Source of the DNA: Octopus sinensis
Lineage: Eukaryota
Assembly (NCBI RefSeq): GCF_006345805.1
Contig: NW_021832611.1
Span: forward strand, 1-64,000
Direction: 5' to 3'
Length of the DNA: 64,000 nt
A program made the position numbers and the translations under genes. The notes under the pieces are model-generated. The model made no database searches, was not told the DNA's origin, and saw only the letters and a list, made by a program, of their open reading frames with translations. Shown one piece after another: positions 35,291-47,163 of the stretch; within the stretch, counting starts at the first letter, position 1; every line of letters starts with the position of its first letter.

Positions 35291-38150
35291 GCGCGCGTCA
35301 TGTGGTTCACCTTTTCTGGTGGCGCCGGATACAGTCCTAAACGGTATCTAAAAAGAACCATTTGCTCCCCGCCAACCAGAGGACTTCCCCCTGGACGGCA
35401 TCTTCTCAACGTTGGCACTTACTATCGATTGTTGCTGTTGACCTCAGGTGACGTGGAACAGAATCCCGGTCCAAAGCTAACAATACAATGCCTGAATATT
35501 GACGGGATTCGAGGAAAGACGGCGGAACTTGCCAGTTTTTTGGAGGAGAACCGAATAGATATCTGTCTTCTCCAAGAGACGAAACTTTCGAAACGGATCC
35601 CTACTCCTCTTTTTGCTGGATACGATGCACTACGATGTGACCGCGAGTCGGAGCATGGAGGGGGTCTACTGACCCTTATAAAAAGAGGAATAAAATATTT
35701 CGAGAATCCCTTACCGTATACAAGCCTAAAGAAGGACTCCAACACCGAAATAATTGGAATCTCACTTATGACCTCCTACGGAAGACTTGAAATCGCCAAT
35801 GTCTACGTACCTCCCCCAGGTTCATGCAAGAAGGGCTATCGTTTTGACCTATCAAGCCTTGATAAATTGGATAACTTACTCTTATGCGGAGATCTGAACG
35901 CGAAGCATCCCGCTTGGTTCAGATATCAGACTGCCGATGCCAGAGGAAACCTTTTGATATCGCAATTGCAGAAGTTAATAATCCTTAACAACCCGAAAAA
36001 GAACACTCGAACACCCTACAACTCTAAGGACACGAGGACATCGCCAGATCTATCAATCTGCTCACCTCGGCTTTCCCCTATCATCAAATGGTCGGTCCGC
36101 TATGATCTCCGAAGTGACCACCACTCAATGATAATGAGAATGAACTGTTCTCCACATCTCATACTGAAACCAAATTTTTCTATGATTACGAAAACGCAGA
36201 TTGGAATGCTTTCGCAAATTACGTCGATTCAAGACTCCAGAACTTTCACCCTAAGAATTTTTCTTCCTTGGACAGGGCAGTGGAAAGCTTCAACAAAACT
36301 ATCATAGATGCAAGAAATTTGATTATCAGAAGAGCATGTATAAGAAGTGGGAGCTCAAAATATGACTCAAGAACGAAAAATTAATCAGAGAAAGAACCCC
36401 TCAAGAAAAGAAAGTATCGACCCAAAGTAATCATCGATCGAATCAGGGCTCTAAACATGCTTATTACGAATAATACCAACCAAGTCCAAAGGAAGAAGCT
36501 CAGCCGAATCTCTAGAGCCATGAATAAACAAGCCTCTATTTCGGCCATGTGGACGATGTTGAGACGCTTAAAGAATCCTGACGAGCGTAAAACAGAAACA
36601 TATCAGCTCAATCTAAACAATTTTATGAAACACTGTGTCAAGATTAGTCATATTCCTTATAAAAAAATGAACTCACAGTCAAGATTAAAATCAAAGCCAT
36701 CCAAAAGGCCCCGACGACTTATTTTCTTCCTGAAGAGGTGTCTGAAACAATCTCGAATCAGAAGAAAACAAACTCATGTGGACCGGATGGAATTCCGCTT
36801 ATTCTACTAAAACACTTGGGCCCAGTTTCAATAAATGCTTTAACCACGATCTATAACACATCATTATTCACGAACTCTATACCGAACTTATGGAAACTAT
36901 CAAAAATCCGGCCAATATTAAAACCTGGAAGACCGAAAACGACCCGGCTCCTATAGACCAATATCCCTTATATGTGTGCTGTCAAGAATCTTGGAAAAAC
37001 TGGTTCTAAAACATATTCGCCCTTTCCTCCCACAATCCACATTTCAACATGGATTCAAGGAAGGATTGTCAACGACCTCCTTCCTCACCACACTAACAGA
37101 TTTCATAAATGAAGGACACAAAAGAAGAAATTGCAGGAGAAATCAATTGTATGCACTATCGACATTCAAAAAGCGTTTGACTCCGTCCCAAGGAAGATCC
37201 TAATTCAAAAGATATTTGGTACAATATTTCTACACCTATGAAGCTATGGATAGCGAATTTTTTGAGCGGACGTCGTGGGAAAGTGTGCGTCGGGAACGAG
37301 AGTTCAAGATCACGCTTTTTGCCCAATGGTGTACCCCAGGGTTCTCCTTTATCCCCGACCCTCTTCAACTTGTTTCTGAATGATCTCCCGGTTCCTATGG
37401 ATAATAATGACATACTACTCTCCTATGCCGATGACATAGTTGTCGCATCAAGGGATGTAAATGTCGAATACGCGAAGGAAAGACTACAAAGAATACTGGA
37501 CGAATTATATGGATGGCTATATGAAAACAGACTACATGCATGTTCCGAAAAGTCAGCAGTCACCCTATTCACGAAAAACAGGAAGATGGGGACGAAAATT
37601 ATTGAAGTCACGCTGAATGGAGTCCCAATACCACAAAAGAAAACACAGAAGATATTGGTGTAACGTTTGACACTTTCCTCTGTTCTCACCTCATGTTGAA
37701 TCAATCGTGTCAACTTGTATAAAGAAAATCAATTTTGTGAAAGCCTTTCTTTCGAACTGTGGGAGAACTTGTCCGCCAGGGGTAGAGACCCTTTACAAGC
37801 AGTATATCGAGCCAACAATAGGCTATGCATGTGCTGCTTGGGGCTGTAACCTGGCGGCAACGAACCAACTAAAAATCGAGAAAATCCAAGAAAAATCCAT
37901 AAACATACTGAAGGACCATACCGACATGAAAATTGTCCATCGAACACTGGAGTCTCTTGTAGAGGCAAGTGGGAGGGATCGTGGAGATGGACCACAAGCA
38001 TTTCACCGTACATACAGAAAGTGTGTGGGGTCACGGTCTGAACATCGTGAAAAGATGGCTAGACTGTTGAGAAGTGTCGGAATCACCTGAACACGTTAGT
38101 TAATGGTTAAGACGGTGATTCTGTTTTTGGCTTAAATAATAATAATAATA
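35291..38150 (+). mobile_element. Full-length Ingi/Vingi-like LINE (2A peptide, APE endonuclease, RT, no RNase H), frameshifted
   Basis: GDVEQNPGP, LQETK, GDLNAKH, SDH, PQGSPLSP and YADD motifs; (AAT)n tail; empty site at about 17746-17752. Confidence 0.92.
35295..35360 (+). ncRNA. HDV-like self-cleaving ribozyme fold at the LINE 5' end
   Basis: P1 GCGTC/GGCGC, P2 TGGTTC/GAACCA, P3 ACC/GGT, GG linker, P4 ATAC/GTAT and J4/2 CTAA, in the canonical order. Confidence 0.65.
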
Positions 38151-39409
38151 TTATTCATGTAGGTCCGACATTAAAGCCGATAAATTTTTATTAAAGATAT
38201 AGACATATAGAACCTTTCTTTTATAAATTAATTATCTGATTAAAAATAAGCTTGCAGAAGTCAACAAGATGCGGAATTTTTTTAACAATAGTTGAATGCA
38301 TGTTACAGTGTGTCAGAAGTTAAAGAAACATTTCTCATAATAGAATGGACGATTCCCAGAACTAACGCAAATTAACAAATTTTTTCTATCCAGATTAATT
38401 GATAATTCTCTTAGTTTTGGAAGTTTTAAAATGATATTCACATCTAGTTCCGACCATTTTGTATGGAAAGACTTTTTTCGATCATTTGTTGAGTACTAGA
38501 GAAACCACAAAGTTTACCTAAAAAGATCGAAAAAATTGACTTCATAAAAGTCAACAAAGTTTATCCAAAAAAGAAAAAAATTGACCAAAATGTAGACCTA
38601 ATAAAAATTTGGAAGATAATTTGTAGGCATTATTTTTTAGAAACATAAATTATGTAGAATCATGTAATATTTGACGTTTTCAGTTGTAACATTTTGTTTT
38701 CAGTTGTAAGTCTATTTAAATTATACTGTCTGAGAAAAATATGAAGGCCAATTTGGTTAGTATATTTTGTGAGAACATCTTTGCAAAGCATTACAGTTCT
38801 ATTCTACCAAGCCTCATCTGAATTCAAAGCAATATCGAAATTTGTTTTATAACTAGATTATTTGGTTTTTGAATAAACGAATGTCTACTGTTCCACTATT
38901 TATATGGTTTATTGTGAGTGGTCTTGATTTTAGATTTTTGAAAAGAATTCAACAATCAGTTCAGCAACATTTACAAAACATTCGACCAAAACAGAATGAA
39001 GATACAAGTCATATCGGCCTTAACTTTTTTAAATGACTGTTTTTCTGAAGAAATATAAAAAAGAAATTTTGACCTATATTTTATAAGGTCAAATTTCTTA
39101 ACTTAGATTTGAAACGAATCATGCTTAATATATTTTTTTTATTCCGAATTGGACATCTTAGTAACAACTCAGACACAAACAATAGTCATAACTAGCTAAT
39201 CGAATGCAGAGACAATGGGAAGGAGTCGTTTGTGCCGATCAGCATAGACTTCTATATCCACTAAGCTAAATAATTTATTTTATTGATAGAATTAATATAA
39301 TAATCATTGATTATCAAGTTATTTCTAGTGTCTGTTTTTGTAATTTGTAATATTTTGATACATCAACTTCATCCTCTTAGGGCCTACGCTAAGTGCACGG
39401 ATGGACAGA

Positions 39410-39636
39410 TCCAACTCAACGCGCAGTCGCGGCCTTCCCGACGATTCCTGAGGGGGGGAAACAAAAAAGAGTCCGGAATACACAGGTATTTTGTTCTCTT
39501 TAATTCCTCGGCCTGAGCACTGGCAGAATCAGGGTTTGCTGCAAATCTTGGATAGCATCGTCACCTACAAAAGAGTCGACACAGGTGACTTCCCAAATCA
39601 GGAATTTGCCTTTCCTGAAAGAAAAGGTTGTCATCC
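39410..39636 (-). mobile_element. CRE-clade RLE fragment (duplicate of 19440-19671)
   Basis: FLIWEVTCVDSF...SASAQAEELKRTKY. Confidence 0.65.
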
Positions 39637-41965
39637 TCAAAAACAATTAAAATTACTTGAGTTTTCTATTAAGTTTAACGAATTACTCTAATTTGAAATT
39701 TTTTGACTTCTTTTTTTGCTCAAAATTTTTTAATAATTTGTGTTTTGTGATATTATTTCCCCGTCAAAAAGGGTCCTATTGTAACTAAATTTAAAAATAA
39801 TACGTTTACTGAAAGAATAACTTCTTTACAATGTCTTTTTTGTAACCATTTTGTTAACGTTTGGTTGGACTATACAAGTTTTTAATACTGTATGTACCGT
39901 GAAATAGATTGCCTTTTTTAAATTAGTAACTCAGGAAAGCAACATTTTGAATACATTTCAATTACTCTGAAAATATATTTGAGACAATGATTTTCTCCAG
40001 ACCAGCGTCTCAAATCCACTATTTTCAACTGGAGCTTTTACTTTGATGTTTATTAAAGAAATATATGCTTTTAACGGTTGACTTTGAGGTAAGACATACA
40101 TTAGCACAAACTTTTCAAATGAAAAAATCTCTTAATAATAAAAACTAGTTACCAGATTTTTCTTGTATTTTTTAGTCATGATGCGTTTTCAAGTGTAAAT
40201 TAAGACATTTAAACTTAATGGTTTCTAAATCATTTTATAAATTACACTTTTTTGGTTCCATCGTTGATTATTAGCCTGAATTCTTTCTGTAATGAACATT
40301 TTATTTGTTTGAAGATCTTGACTTTTTTAATTTAATTAAACTCTCATCAATCGAATTCTTTCCAAATAACCACCAATCTTGTATTCTTTTTGTACTCTTT
40401 ATTAACTCTGAGTTTCAAACATTATGGGTTGGTGGGGTTTTTATTAATTTCCGACGTATGGGCTTTTCCCAGACTCGAGTCCATAATGACCAGAACCAGG
40501 TTATATTTTTAATACAGATCAGGTTAAAATAGCAAGCTGACAATATTCCACGATCCCTCGATAACCTAAGCGACTAGCCACTAACTAATAAGTGACATAA
40601 TCTAAGCAAATTTTAATTCTAATCATAATCCCATGAAACCCATAGAAACAGTTGCCAAAATAGACAAACAGATTTAGCAGGTGATTACCTGGCCAATGAT
40701 AGGGTACAAAAAACCCGTATTAGTATGATCTTATTTATGTTTTGTGCTGATTCATAAAAATGCCTTTCTTAATTTGATTACTGAGAGTTGCATAGGCTGC
40801 TTTGATTAAACCTCGATTTGGTTTACCTATTTGAAGAAAACATCATTTTTTCATGAAAATTAAAACCTTTTTTTTTTATTTGTCTTTACTTTTCACGAAT
40901 CTCATATTACTGTTTTGTGGGAAGGAACCCGTATTAAGTATAATACAAAACTACATTTCCTCGATTATTAATATGATCACAAACAAATTCAATGTTTTAA
41001 AACGCGATTTTAAATTATTATTTTTATTTATTGACGTCATCTTCAGCTGTATCATAATGTTTACACTTATCCAAGTAGTACTTAAAATATTTTTTCATAG
41101 ATAGACTTCTAAAAATTTTGAGATCAGTTTTATTTTTTTATCAGTAATATAAGTAGACAAATTATTTATGTGATAATTGAAGATTTATTAATCACCCGTT
41201 ACTCGCTGAAGATTAATCTCATCCTTTTAGAGGAGAACGTAACCAACACCACTCCTTTCTCCTTTGTCTCCAAATCACTTACGACTTTTTATCCCGTACT
41301 TTCCATATTGTCTTTATGAAAATGATTTGCTCCAATTATGAAACTACTGGCTAAATTTATCTTTTCTTCAGTAATTTTGATCCTGTGCCTCTCCAAGATT
41401 TTTTTTAACACGCCTGACTGAATATAGACCATACGGTCAACACCAGTGTAATTATTTTTACTTGAGCGTAGCGTAAGCTTGACAACTCCCTGGCCAAAAA
41501 ATCGTATTTATTTCATTTCTCTACTTTGGCCAGATTTTCTTATCTATAATTATTAAAGAATCGACACGTATTTCTACATTTTGTGTAAATATGATTGACT
41601 GGACTAAGTGTCCTCTAATTTATTAACTTTGCTGATTCTATATTTCCTACATAAGTGCAAATAAATACATCTCTTCTGACATAATTGCCGTTTAGCATTT
41701 TTCACAATTGGATGCCAAGTGACCAACGGTTTTTTTTGCTTCTCATACAAAGGTTACACAGTGCTCCCTTTTTGAAAAGAACACATTCATATTCTGCAAT
41801 GGGTAATATAGTGCCTCCTACTTTCCAAAGGCACCCACTTAAAGTTTTCACATCAACATTTTGATCTTTCAGACATTTGAATAATGTGGAATGCAAAGGT
41901 TTCATTTTATCAAGCAACTCGTCCGGGTAGATTTAATTACACATAGAATAATCAGTTTTTTATAG

Positions 41966-42389
41966 ATTATTATTATTATTATTATTTAAAGACCAATACG
42001 GGCAAGCCAGTTAATTATAGTTAATCCCGTGATCGCCGATCCAAACGAGGGAGATCCTTCTGAAAGGTTCAATCCTTCCCGCAAGATCGGCCTGAGACGA
42101 CGATGTCCCAGGGTCTGAGAAGCTAAGAGTCCTTTTTCGGAAGGCATTAAGTGCCTCCTGAGCGTTGCCATATCCGAAGGAATTTCCAACTGACATGGTG
42201 GACCCCGTAACGCCACGCTAAGCCCGGAAGGTAAGAGATCCCCATTTCCAACTGTGTCGTGCCAGAAGTACTCGTTGCCTCACGGGCAGGGGAACGATAA
42301 CGAGAATTAGCCCCAGGATGAAAACTGTCCTCCTTCGGAATCGAACTCACGACCATCCAAATCCATTATCCATAGCTTAGTCTTCAGCC
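41966..42389 (-). mobile_element. tRNA-headed SINE with LINE-derived tail and (AAT)n end
   Basis: Head GGCTGAAGACTAAGCTATGG...GAGTTCGATTCC (A/B-box-like); partial copies at 15360-15485 and 51715-52005; tail encodes QTLGHRRLR...AIT. Confidence 0.8.
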
Positions 42390-42616
42390 AAAATAATTAA
42401 ATAAATTCTAATCAATTTACTTATTCATAAAAATGAAAATGACGTCTATATTTTGAGTAAGTATAAAAAAGATAAAAAAATTCTTTAAATTATGACTAAA
42501 TAAATTTGTGTCTGAAGTATATACAAGTTCTTAAGTATATACAAATTGTATAAATTCACATATAGTATATAAAAAATGATTATTTGTTATTTTCCGAATA
42601 ATTATCGCTGAGTATT

Positions 42617-43093
42617 TTACGCTTTCGTTTCGAAATCCAAATTCCCGTTTTCAGTCCTAAAATAAACATTGTTTATAATCAAAAAACAATCAAAACCAGC
42701 AGCAAGAATTGCAGTGCCTGAAACTGCTCCAATAAAAGTCCCCAATTTTAGTCCAATAAGACACCCAACAGGTCCACCGACTGCCGCACCAATAAAACCC
42801 CCAGTGACTGTAGCTCCCGAAGCTTTTAATAAAGACGCCTATTGTTTGAATTTTTTACCAATAATGTTTACTTTATGTAATTCTCTTCTTCCCTGTTTTA
42901 TATTTTGATTACAAATTTCGGTGTTTTCTTCGATTACGTTGATCTTTTCGGCACTTTTCTTTACGAAAGAATTGATATCATGAGCTATGGATGCAATTTG
43001 ATTGCATTTATTTTCAAGATCATAAATTTTCTCTTCAGCTGTTAAATCGAAGGTATTAGTATCTGAAGAAATTTCAATTTTTCGCGAATTCAT
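42617..43093 (-). CDS. STX17: Syntaxin-17-like SNARE (SNARE motif + Gly-rich double TM)
   Basis: After removing a 33-nt intron: EKINVIEENTEICNQNIKQGRRELHK|ASLLKASGATVTGGFIGAAVGGPVGCLIGLKLG. Confidence 0.75.
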
Positions 43094-43238
43094 TTAACGA
43101 ATTAATTTGAATTCATAGTAACCAACAAAATCATCCAAAATAATTGATTAAAAGTAATTTTATTTAAATAATTAACTATAATAAATTGGTACAACTTTTT
43201 ATTAATTAACAATTTTTATATTTTATATTAATAACAAA

Positions 43239-45090
43239 TCAATGTTTATGAAATCCAACCGGTTCCAGGGTAGACGGGAATCCCTCAGAATCCAAAGCCC
43301 TCTTCATTTTTTTAACTAAATAATAATCATTCAACCAACGATGATAATTAATTATTCTTTTAGTCGAAGAGAAGGGACTATTCCCCCTGAGAACGGCGAT
43401 AGAGAACCGCTGGAAAAGCCAGTCCACCTCCCGAGGATCGTGAGATTTTGGCCCCGAGCTTGCGGAAGAACTTTTCCGTCTTCGGAGCAAAAGTACCAGA
43501 CGTCTCCACCGCAATCTGCAGCACAAAAAACTTATCCAAAAGGCCGGAGTATTTTGTAAGTTTTTTATCTTCGGCCTTCTTAGCTGCGGATTTAGCCTCC
43601 AGAGCACACGAAGTTAGGTGTGAGACAGAGAATGTGTCCCAGCAGGTTGCATCCCATACGAGTGCTTTTCCACCCTCAAAAGGCAAAAGGGTCATTCCGT
43701 CAAGGCGTTTCCCGTCACCGTAGTCGAGACCTGGTGGTCTGACGACCGAATGAAATCCTGCCGAATCAAGAAGCCTTCGTATGACGTCATTCATAGCCGA
43801 ATGCCTCGGAAATCCTCCGGAACTCCTCCTGCACGATAAAGGATGCAGACCGAAAGAGTCAACAGAGCAGCCACAATGACACACGTGCGGGAACATTACC
43901 TTAGCCCGAGGTGCAGGGAGATTCCAATCCTTACCGATTCGTAATCGAGGAGGGTGCCAGATAAGGCTTTCGGGAATGCGCAAGACCAAGCTCCACTAGC
44001 CGGGGATGCTGCCGAAAGTAGGCAAGCGCAGGCGATGTTGGTTGGACGACTCGAGTAGCAGATTGAAAGTTTGCCTGCATCCTATTAGATCCCAGGCTCG
44101 CTGAGACATTCGATCCTCCGGAAGGTTAAGGCCTTGTTCCCTCAAGGCTTCAGTGAAGTGAGCCACATTTGTGTCCAAAAAAAATTCAGAAAAGGACCGT
44201 AGAATTTCCATCACAAGTGTGTGGCTCGAGGAGAAAGACGAAAGAAAAGCAGGGAAAGATAGATCGGAGCATGAGCGGATGCCGAGACCGCCGAAGACTA
44301 ACGGGAGGGTTGCCTGTCTCCAACACCTATTGTCGAAGGGGAAATTGCATATGTTTTGCAAAACACGGAGAAAAGCGTAGCAGATAAGTGAGCTTTTGGA
44401 TTGTGAAGCTGTTTCGTAAAAGGAATAATGCTGATTGTGAATCCAAATGTCCGATACGTTTAAAAACATTTTTTAAAAAGGATTCCTTATTGCGTAAGGC
44501 CGCATCAATGGAATCGCCAGCCACCGAGGCTTCGAAGATAGAAAGTTGGTTAATGGGAGTAGATTGCGCTCCCGGGATGAGATCACAAAAATAGCAGACA
44601 GCGTCTTCGAAGGTAGATTGCGAACACCTGAAGTTAGAGATTTCGAGAAAAATTCAAACTGAGGCCAATTTTCTCCAGGGCCGGAACGATTTTTATTATA
44701 TCCTGCAGAACGGTGTCTGGAGTGCCTTCGAGGTACCAGAGATTAAGTGGGGAAGATACAAGTTTGGTCACCTCAGAAATTCCAAGACAGAAAAGGAGTG
44801 GCCCCAGAAGGTCTCCCTGTTGAACTCCCGTAGCAGATGGAATAGTTTCGGATCCGAAGATAAGGGAGAATCGTTGCCCGTATGATTGGAAAGTTAGGTC
44901 AAATAAAAAAGGACAATATTCAGAGCAAGCCTCCAAAACTCGCTCCCGTTGAATGCATTTCTGATATCTAGTTTGATCAATATTTTTGGACGTGGGGATT
45001 TCTTGCATGAATCTGAGAATGTGCGGATAGCATGAACTGTAGATTCGCATCCTCCAAGAACTCCGAGAAATTTTTTTAAACGTTTCAAAT
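43239..45090 (-). mobile_element. Degenerate 5'-truncated CRE-clade element plus an older CRE fragment (43239-43320)
   Basis: KLDIRNAFN, GVQQGDLLGPLLF, LVFGGLGIRS, DGKRLDGMTLLPF...VWDATC, WLFQRFSIAVLRGN. Confidence 0.9.
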
Positions 45091-45104
45091 TTGTTATTTA
45101 TAAC

Positions 45105-46268
45105 CTCCTATTGACAAAATTCGGTCCCGTAATTTTAGATGAACTGGTAAAGGCAACGGCAGGAAGCAATGCAAAGGGAAGTTGAATACTCATCAAAGCA
45201 TTCAGAAAATCGTTAAAAATTGTCAATTTATCTAATCCATGAAATAATGAGAATTATTCTAAAACAACAATAGATTATCAAAAACAGGGAATAAGTTATT
45301 CACGAATTAATTAAGAGCCTGGAGGTCAGCTCAAAGTCGCCGCACTGCGTATCGAGTGGCAGTTTCCGCGGAGCACCGCGACCGAGATTCGCTGGAAGAG
45401 CCAGCTCGTCTCCCTCCGGTCGTTGGTCTTCCTGGCAATTCTCCTGGCAATGTCGGCAAGAAGGCGAGTCCAGATGCTTCAAAGGCGAGGGGGACAAACT
45501 CGTAAGAGTCCGAAATATTTCCATACTTCGACCTCTTAGCCTCCTCAGCCTGAGCACTGGCAGAACCCGGGTTAGTGATGGACTTCAGTAACACCGTCGC
45601 GGAGAACGAGTCAACACAAGTTGCATCCCAAATCAGGGACTTGCCTTCCCTGAAAGGGAAGATAGTCATCCCGTCAGGACGCTTTCCATCACTCCGACAG
45701 AGACCGACTGGCTCTAGAGTGGAAGGGAAACCTGCCGACTCTAGTGCCCTTTTCACGACGTCATTGAGGTGAGTGTGGCGAGGAATTCTGCCAGCACTCT
45801 TCTTGCACGAGATGGGGTGCAAACCGTTCGGAGAGATCGTGGACCCGCACCGGCATGGGTGAGGCTGACAGATGTCCAGGCCCAAGCGTATGCAAACACC
45901 AATCCGTAAGGATTCGTCGTCCAAGAGTAGTCCCGTACTAGGGGTAGGGAGTGCATTGAGCCAGTCTCCCGTATGCGGCTGGCAAGCGCAGTTTAGAGAT
46001 GCCAGTTGGACTTGTTCCAACTTTGACCGGAGTTTGCGAGCTTTCCGAATTCTCATCAGCCTCCCGCATTTGGTTGTCACTCGGTCTGGATTTTCCGACA
46101 ATTATTCTTGTAATGAAAAGTCGTTTCCAAAGTCGACACTTAATTTAAAGAAACTCCTAAAATAATTAGAAAACAAGACCTGCATGACAAATTGCCGATT
46201 ATGTTCCAGTGATTGTAGACGTTTGTCCAGCAGCCACAATCCAAATTGCCCAAATATATGTTGTTATA
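45105..46268 (-). pseudogene. NRAMP/SLC11 (DMT1/Malvolio-like) fragment disrupted by stops, frameshifts and a CRE insertion
   Basis: YIWAIWIVAAGQTSTITGT*..QFVMQ|EFL*IKCRLWKRLFITRII [CRE] HGLDKLTIFNDFLNALMSIQLPFALLPAVAFTSS. Confidence 0.8.
45261..46099 (-). mobile_element. 5'-truncated CRE-clade element with 9-bp TSD
   Basis: HTGDWLNALP, CRCG...HPISC, DGKRPDGMTIFPF...IWDATCVDS; TSD aattattct at 45252-45260 and 46100-46108. Confidence 0.92.
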
Positions 46269-47163
46269 CCCCCAGTAGAGGAATAAGATGAGTGAGTGAA
46301 AGGGACATATTTGGAGGACGTGAGTGTATGAGAGCAGGGTGGCTAACAACTGATTGTTTCGAATATCGGCAGCCCAAAGATTGACAAGTTTTGTGATGAC
46401 GTTAGCACACCAATTGACACTGTGAATAAACTCGAACACACCCGTGATTGATGTGCACACATTTGAGTGCAACTTCAGTCTTGTTGACAGTGGGGAATGC
46501 AAAAAGCAGTTGGAATAGAAATATTCGCCACTAAGTAACACTCTCCACACTCACGTTCTAATTATCTGCGTATGTTAGTCTCACCACCAATAAGACTGAA
46601 TGTCTCAGAAGTATACACAACCAATCTCCTCCTCTCCCCTCGATAACAGTATTTGAAACACAAACTCATTAAGGAAGAAGAGGAGGTTATAAACTACTAT
46701 AGGAATGCCAACTTAATCGACTATTCTAGCCACAAGAGGGTCATTGGAGACACACTCTCCCACATTTTGAGTAATGTTAATGTCCCCAGTATTCCCACTG
46801 CCTGTGGGATGCACACTCTATTTTCGTGTGCCCCTTTATTTTAGACACGTTCAAGTCCGGGTTTTTAAAAAGTATTCCCCCGTTCACGTTTAGATTGAAC
46901 TCCTCCCCCAACATGAAGTCTCAACTCAGCACTGTGTTCAAAAAACACTTGTTCTTCTCTTAGTTTGTTATTAATGTAATTCATTACACACGTTTATTAT
47001 ATTTCAGTGCTTTTAAATTAAAATAATTTCAATTTACTATTAAATTATTTATTTAATAATAAGCGGTAATTTTAATGTTTTAAATATATTCTAGTGTGGT
47101 CGTCCGCATGCTACTTTTTTTCTAATAACAAATGTATATTCTCATAATAATTTTGTATTAGAA

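Larger units (their letters stand above)
19681..39636. repeat. Tandem segmental duplication, unit 2 (~20 kb, expanded)
   Basis: Collinear with 5662-19671. Gains: Merlin-like element, LINE and micro-exon expansion. Losses: equivalents of 9471-9578, 12713-14425, 15857-16147 and about 18300-18865. Confidence 0.95.

Noticed and set aside
41230-41917. Possible endogenous viral or host ORFs
   Set aside because: Coding-like stretches but no family motif I can name
42330-42389. tRNA gene
   Set aside because: It has A/B-box-like motifs but no full cloverleaf, and it continues into a repeated SINE body
46140-46550. WD40-like 136-aa ORF
   Set aside because: Its 3' part is an off-frame reading of the NRAMP pseudogene; the remaining GC-richer block (about 46270-46970) gave no convincing frame, so it is left unexplained
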